From Hormiphora californensis (Eukaryota > Animalia > Ctenophora), in the NCBI GenBank assembly GCA_020137815.1, contig CM035355.1, positions 1,550,001-1,614,000 on the forward strand: a stretch of 64,000 nt of DNA, given 5' to 3'. The notes under the pieces were generated by a model, which saw only the letters and a list, made by a program, of their open reading frames with translations, ran no database searches and was not told the DNA's origin. Below are positions 58,230-64,000 of this stretch, one piece after another (the stretch's first letter is position 1; each line of letters starts with the position of its first letter). The position numbers and the translations under genes were made by a program.

Positions 58230-61159
58230 ATGCTTCGTTATTGGAAGAATAAACAGTGTATCAGATCACCTGGAATCTCCCTGTAAGTTGTGTTTTGTGT
58301 CACTGTACTGGATAATTGAAATATATTCACCAAGTCGACCAAACATTATTTCTGCTAACAGGTGTAGAAGATTCAGTAGTCAGAGAAAGCGAAGTCCATA
58401 TGATGTCCTTGGCTTGAAACAGTCTGCAACTAAAGCTGAAATAAAGAGCAGTTACATTGGAAAAGCTAAGAAGTGTCACCCTGATTTGTTCCCAAATGAT
58501 GCACGAAAAAAGGAAGAATTTCAGGAGCTGCAGGAAGCGTATGAGGTGCGTGAACCTTAATCAGTGTTAAGGCCAGAGGGGGGGGTCCGAGGGTCAAAAA
58601 ATGCACTTTTCTGAGGTTTACATATGTGATGTAACTCGGAGGTAGGAAAGTTTTGGATAGGGTAGCTGCGCACCAAGTGTATCAGGAGGCTCTGTTTTTT
58701 GAGGTTAACTTTTCGCCCAAAATGAATGTAAACCTCAAAAAAGCTTGTATTTATGTCACATACACAGATGAAAATGGTACCAATCGATATATCTTATCAA
58801 GGAGACCAAGTATTCAAAGTTTCAGAGGTCTAAGCCATATAGTTGTTCAGATATTTGAGGTTAACAATTCTCCCAAAAGCCAACCTTTTGTTGGATAACT
58901 TTAGGTCCACAATTTCACTTTATGCTCCACTTCCTGAAGAGACGGCTAAGACCTGGGCCTTGAAACTTGGCAGTTATGATCCTGAGATGGTTAACTAAAA
59001 ATCTGGTGTAGCGATTTTTGATTTAGGCCCTAGTTCCTGAAATATTGAGGTTAACATTTTAAAAAGCTTGATTTTTGAAACGTTAACCTCAATATTTCAG
59101 GAACTAGGGCCTAAATCAAAAATCGCTACACCAGATGTTAATCAGTGTTAAGGCCAGAGGGGGGGGTCCGAGGGTCAAAAAATGCACTTTTCTGAGGTTT
59201 ACATATGTGATGTAACTCGGAGGTAGGAAAGTTTTGGATAGGGTAGCTGCGCACCAAGTGTATCAGGAGGCTCTGTTTTTTGAGGTTAACTTTTCGCCCA
59301 AAATGAATGTAAACCTCAAAAAAGCTTGTATTTATGTCACATACACAGATGAAAATGGTACCAATCGATATATCTTATCAAGGAGACCAAGTATTCAAAG
59401 TTTCAGAGGTCTAAGCCATATAGTTGTTCAGATATTTGAGGTTAACAATTCTCCCAAAAGCCAACCTTTTGTTGGATAACTTTAGGTCCACAATTTCACT
59501 TTATGCTCCACTTCCTGAAGAGACGGCTAAGACCTGGGCCTTGAAACTTGGCAGTTATGATCCTGAGATGGTTAACTAAAAATCTGGTGTAGCGATTTTT
59601 GATTTAGGCCCTAGTTCCTGAAATATTGAGGTTAACATTTTAAAAAGCTTGATTTTTGAAACGTTAACCTCAATATTTCAGGAACTAGGGCCTAAATCAA
59701 AAATCGCTACACCAGATTTTTAGTTCACCATCTCAGGATCATAACTGCCAAGTTTCAAGGCCCAGGTCCTAGCCGTCTCTTCAGGAAGTGGAGCATAAAG
59801 TGAAAAAAATGTTCTGATATATTCAACAAAAGGTTGTTTTTTGGTAGATATGTTAACCTCAAATATCTGAACAACTATATGGTTTAGACCTCTGAAACTT
59901 TGAATACTTGGTCTCCTTGATAAGATCTATCGATTGGTACCATTTTCATCTGTGTAGGTGACATATTTACAAGCTTTTTTGAGGTTTACATTCATTTTGG
60001 GCGAAAAGTTAACCTCAATTTTCTCCTTAACGGTGCGCGCTAAAACGATTCCAACTATTTCATCTGGTCCGGCTCTTCGAGGCGGACCAAACCCCGAAAG
60101 TGACTTTTTATACCCCCCGACCCCCCCCTCTGGCCTTAATAAGTGTATGTAGTGATTTGTTTTGTTCAAACCCTTTTTATTTTTCAATGAAACAGGGTCG
60201 AGCAAGGCAAGTAGTGATGTGGTAACGGTTTTTATTAAACTCATTTATTTTGTAGATTCTGAGTGATTCAACAAAACGTGCCCAGTGGAATCAACAGCAA
60301 CATTATGGACAGCAGCAGGGTCCAGTAGGCACCCACCCGGGGCACAGCAACCCTTATGGAAGGGGACCTCCCCCACCTGGATACTACAAGCAATACAGAC
60401 CTGGTGGAGCCCCTGGAGGAGATCCCAGGTATGTAATATACATTGGGACGAGTTTTTGTAATATAGAAACTAGACCAAAAAACAAAGGAAATTTGTTTGG
60501 AACACCCGTGGCCTTTTGTAATATAGAAATCAGTAGCAGATGATGTCTGATGTCTAACACATTTTGTCCCAGGACGCCCCGTGAACAGTGGATGGAACAG
60601 ATGTTACGAATGCACGCAGAGCAAGCCCGGGCTGCTGGGGTTGGTGGAGATAACGAGAAATGGAAGGAAGCCAAAGCACGATCGAAGAGGCTGGAGAAAA
60701 TATTCCTGCGAATCATGGGATTTTATGTTTTGTTGATTTTGATAAACGTTATAACTAGCCTGTAAGTTTCGTGAAAATCAGAAGACATTCCCACCATACA
60801 TAATACAAGAAAAGCAAGCCAATTTGTTGATTCCTTCCTGTTATTATTAACTTTCAGGACCACAACACGCCAGGAACTTCCAACCATGCCTTTAGATCAG
60901 CAGGAGGCTATGGCAAAGCAAATGCAGTAAGTGTCTCTACAGAAATATTTTAATGTTTGTATTTTTAATGTTATTTTAATGAATGATGTTAATTTAATCT
61001 ACTCCTACAAACGTCCTCTATAACAACTCCTATTTCTCTCCCAGAGATAGAATGAGAGGAAACCATTCCCCTCGGGTAGGTTCCTCCGCATCAGCTCACT
61101 ACCCCGCTGAGATCCAAGAATTAATTGATAGCTGGGAAGAGGAGGGAAAGAAGAAATGA
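58230..61159 (+). CDS. J-domain protein B, copy 2
   Basis: Same six exons as copy 1, frames open, few substitutions. Confidence 0.83.
58571..60135. mobile_element. Kolobok-like foldback element (59152-60135) preceded by a 581-bp tandem duplicate of its left part
   Basis: TTAA|GGCCAGAGGGGGGG...CCCCCCCTCTGGCC|TTAA; absent from the B copy-1 intron. Confidence 0.82.
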
Positions 61160-61393
61160 ACTAAAGTTGTTGTTAATTCTAGGCAGAAAGTTTCAGACAG
61201 AGTTCTGGCCACCGATCGGCAATTGACCCTCAAAATGATCAGTTTCTTGTTTCACTGTGTACCCTCGGCGGAAGATTTTATATGAAATTTGATTTGTATT
61301 AGTTTGTTGTCGAGATATTGTCGGGTTGTTTTACAGCTTGTTTGTTATTTAATCATTATCATGTTTTTATATAACATTGAATCCGTTTTTAGA

Positions 61394-62631
61394 ATGAATA
61401 GACACATGAACGCAAGTCAACGGTTGCTGAAAACCCTACAAAGCAGATGGTAAGAAATTAAACGTTTTCATTTTCTTTAATCCTTAGATATTATTTTTTG
61501 TATTGACAGATTCCCAGGGATTTAGGAAATTAATTTCTTCTTTCAGCTTACTCAATCTCTATCTCTCGCAGTTGTTCAAACCAAGCCGCCCGGTCCAGTG
61601 AAGAAGCCCTTGGCCTCACATCACCGTATACACAAGAGCAACTAAAATCGGCCTACTTTCAACAATCAAAAAAGGTTTTTAGAAACTTCAAAAATCCAAA
61701 AAAAAAAATTCCCAGCACAACACGGTATAATTTTGACTTGATGCACCCTCTCTCACTACCTTACCTTCCCCCAAATTCTGTAAAAGGAGGGTTAGGAATT
61801 AGGATGTTACAAACTACTGCGATCAACTATAACACCATTTCAGTGTCATCCTGATTTGTATCCAGGGGACCCTGACAGGCTATCTCAGTTCCATTCACTA
61901 CAACACCACTACAAACTGCTATCTGATCACGTGACATCATGTGACATATCACGTGACGACTCAGGGACCCCGCCACCAACGTGGAATTGGAAACTTGATG
62001 ATCGGGTTACTGGAAGGGGTAGAGATGATGAGGATATCGGGATTTTTATAAGGTAAGGACTTTGAACAACGTACACTACGTGTCTGTATGTTCTTAATTG
62101 TGTATTGTTAAAGTACTATTTCTAGTTTTATCCCCAGGTCGTGTCAGGAAGGCTACGTAAGAGGAATAACAACCCGATATCGCAGAATCTCTATCTTCCT
62201 CTGTCTAATTCTCTACACCCTGACCGATATTACCCTATCAATATGGTACGAGAATACCTTGAATTTATTATTATGTGCATTATGTGCATGTGTTATGTGC
62301 TTGTACGTGATACACACCGGCACATAGCTGCATGTATCGTGAGTTTTGCATTTTCCTCCAAACTGTTTTGTCCGCCGTGTCCCAAAATAATAAGTGCAAT
62401 GAAGTAACGCGCGGGGTAACTGTTGTTATCATCTCTGCGCGCAACTCGGTAGACCTATCGTAATGTCGCTCTGGCGCCAAGCAATAATTTTATGCGGATT
62501 ATGCTCATTTTCCGATTTGCATAATCAAACAGTATTCCCTAATTAGATCCTTTCTTTACAGGTTTGATACGTGTATTGTTGATGTATTGCTGGATCCGTT
62601 CCCACCACTAAGTGACACATCTGTGACTTGA
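61394..62631 (+). CDS. J-domain protein C, copy 2 (complete, 5 exons)
   Basis: MNRHMNASQRLL..., CHPD, TM exon; last exon at 62562 FDTCIVDVLLDPFPPLSDTSVT*. Confidence 0.75.
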
Positions 62632-63097
62632 GAGAGGGGTTTATAACTGTGGGTCTAGATGCCGCCTTGTCACCCCTACATTTATAACACGCCCTATTAT
62701 AGAGGCCTGAATAATATGCACACTTTGCTTTGTGTTTATACCAGGAAGGAGCACTACGCTAAACAGAAGCTTTGTGTCACAACACAAACTATTAATAATT
62801 CAAAGAGGATATTTTATTTCTTTTGTAGGACCAGCTTAAAAAACCATCCTCTTCCTTCTAGCGATGTTTTCAATGAATGTATAAGCATCTTCTGGCGTCA
62901 TCTATACCTCGTTATCTTACCAGGTCGACCTTTGAGTGATTTTGTTTTTTGTTTTGCATAAATCCGTAATATTTGCTTTTCCAATTTCTTTATATTTTCC
63001 TCTCCGCTGCACTCCCTAGCTATTAGTGTGTGTATAGGAGCGGCTGGTATGTTACCTAGCTATTAGTATGTAACCCTGACTTCCTCTACTTAGGAGA

Positions 63098-64000
63098 ATG
63101 TCATCTCTAGCACGGCTGGGACTGCCGGAGTCCAAGGTTGCTGAGACCCAGAAAAACACCCAATTGACAGGAGTGCTAGAAGGCTTCCTTGCTAGTGCTG
63201 ATAAGAGGGGTGTAGTGGTGGATGGTGTGACGGGTAAACTGATGTATGGACTGGGTACTAAACTGAAGAAACAGGACAATATGGGCCAGATATTGGACCT
63301 CATACTGGAGAAGAAGGTAGGTTCATCATAACTAGCACATACATCAGAATTTTTATTGACTTTTCAATAAAGTCTTTCCCTCTGAATTTTCACCTGTTAT
63401 CTCTCTCCTAATTCACGACTATTATTTCAGGTTACAAGTGATACCCAGCTAACTGCTGCCCTTGAGTTTGTCAAAGCAAACCCAGTTAACCCTGACCAGT
63501 CTCGATTAGAAGAGTTTTGTGGGGTGGGTGTTGTCATCACAACTGAACAGATCAAGACTGCTGTGAGTGCTAAAGTGGAGGCGAACCTGGCCCAGATCAA
63601 GACTCAGCGATACAGGTATGTGCTTTTAGACCAGACTGACACTTGGCCCCTCTGCGATGGCCAGTTGTCAAATCCTATGCTATTGACTGTGCCACTTTTC
63701 CCTACTATTTCTTCTGTCAGGTTGATTTTCTCAAACTAAAGACTCCCTGATCAGGTACAACACAGGTCCTATGATGGGGCAGATAAAGAAGGAACTAAAG
63801 TGGGCCGATGGATCCCAAATCAAGGCCGAGATAGACAGCACCATTGCAGGAATACTGGGAGCAAAGACTGAAGCTGATAACAAACCCGTTGAAAAGGTGA
63901 GATTTCTTGGGCACAAAACTATAATATCCAAACTAAAACAGAATCAGCGAAATGAACCTGGTTTCAAACCATCTACCATCATCAGGTGAAACAGAAGCAG
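63098..64000 (+). CDS. QARS1: Glutaminyl-tRNA synthetase, N-terminal exons (continues beyond the window)
   Basis: LGLPESKVAETQKN, GKLMYGL, QLTAALEF, CGVGVVIT, QRYRYN, LKWADG, LGAKTEAD match the eukaryotic GlnRS N-terminal domain. Confidence 0.92.

Larger units (their letters stand above)
52347..62515 (+). repeat. Tandem segmental duplication (52347-56084 and 56084-62515)
   Basis: The 3' half of gene A, gene B and most of gene C are repeated with high identity; junction TTTTCCGA|GATGAGTGG. Confidence 0.92.

Noticed and set aside
58653-59479. Two identical 81-aa ORFs as transposase genes
   Set aside because: They come from the tandem duplication inside a non-coding TE and have no catalytic motifs.

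Overview
A compact, intron-rich animal genome segment. A ctenophore-like invertebrate is an inference from gene density, (GA)n/(CT)n tracts and the divergent GPCR; it was not verified. Spliced genes: SLC7 amino-acid transporter (-), DKC1, thioredoxin, ZNF207/BuGZ, a rhodopsin-like GPCR, POT1, a Thr-rich secreted protein, a 61-aa neuropeptide-like precursor that the ORF track does not reconstruct, NIM1K (-), a tandemly duplicated cluster of DNAJC4-like J-proteins and the 5' part of QARS1. Mobile DNA: a 5'-truncated L2-clade LINE with intact ORF2, many foldback/MITE elements with different TSD signatures, a Helitron, and a family of 23-86 bp micro-elements. Best leads: (1) the micro-element whose ends are both palindromes and direct repeats and which collapses to a 23-bp solo; (2) an A_AAA_AAC -1 frameshift joining LINE ORF1 to ORF2; (3) the hidden prepropeptide; (4) an in-frame chimeric J-protein at the duplication breakpoint; (5) operon-like packing with acceptors just ahead of start codons; (6) structured DKC1 introns. 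All exon models were read by eye and have no transcript support.
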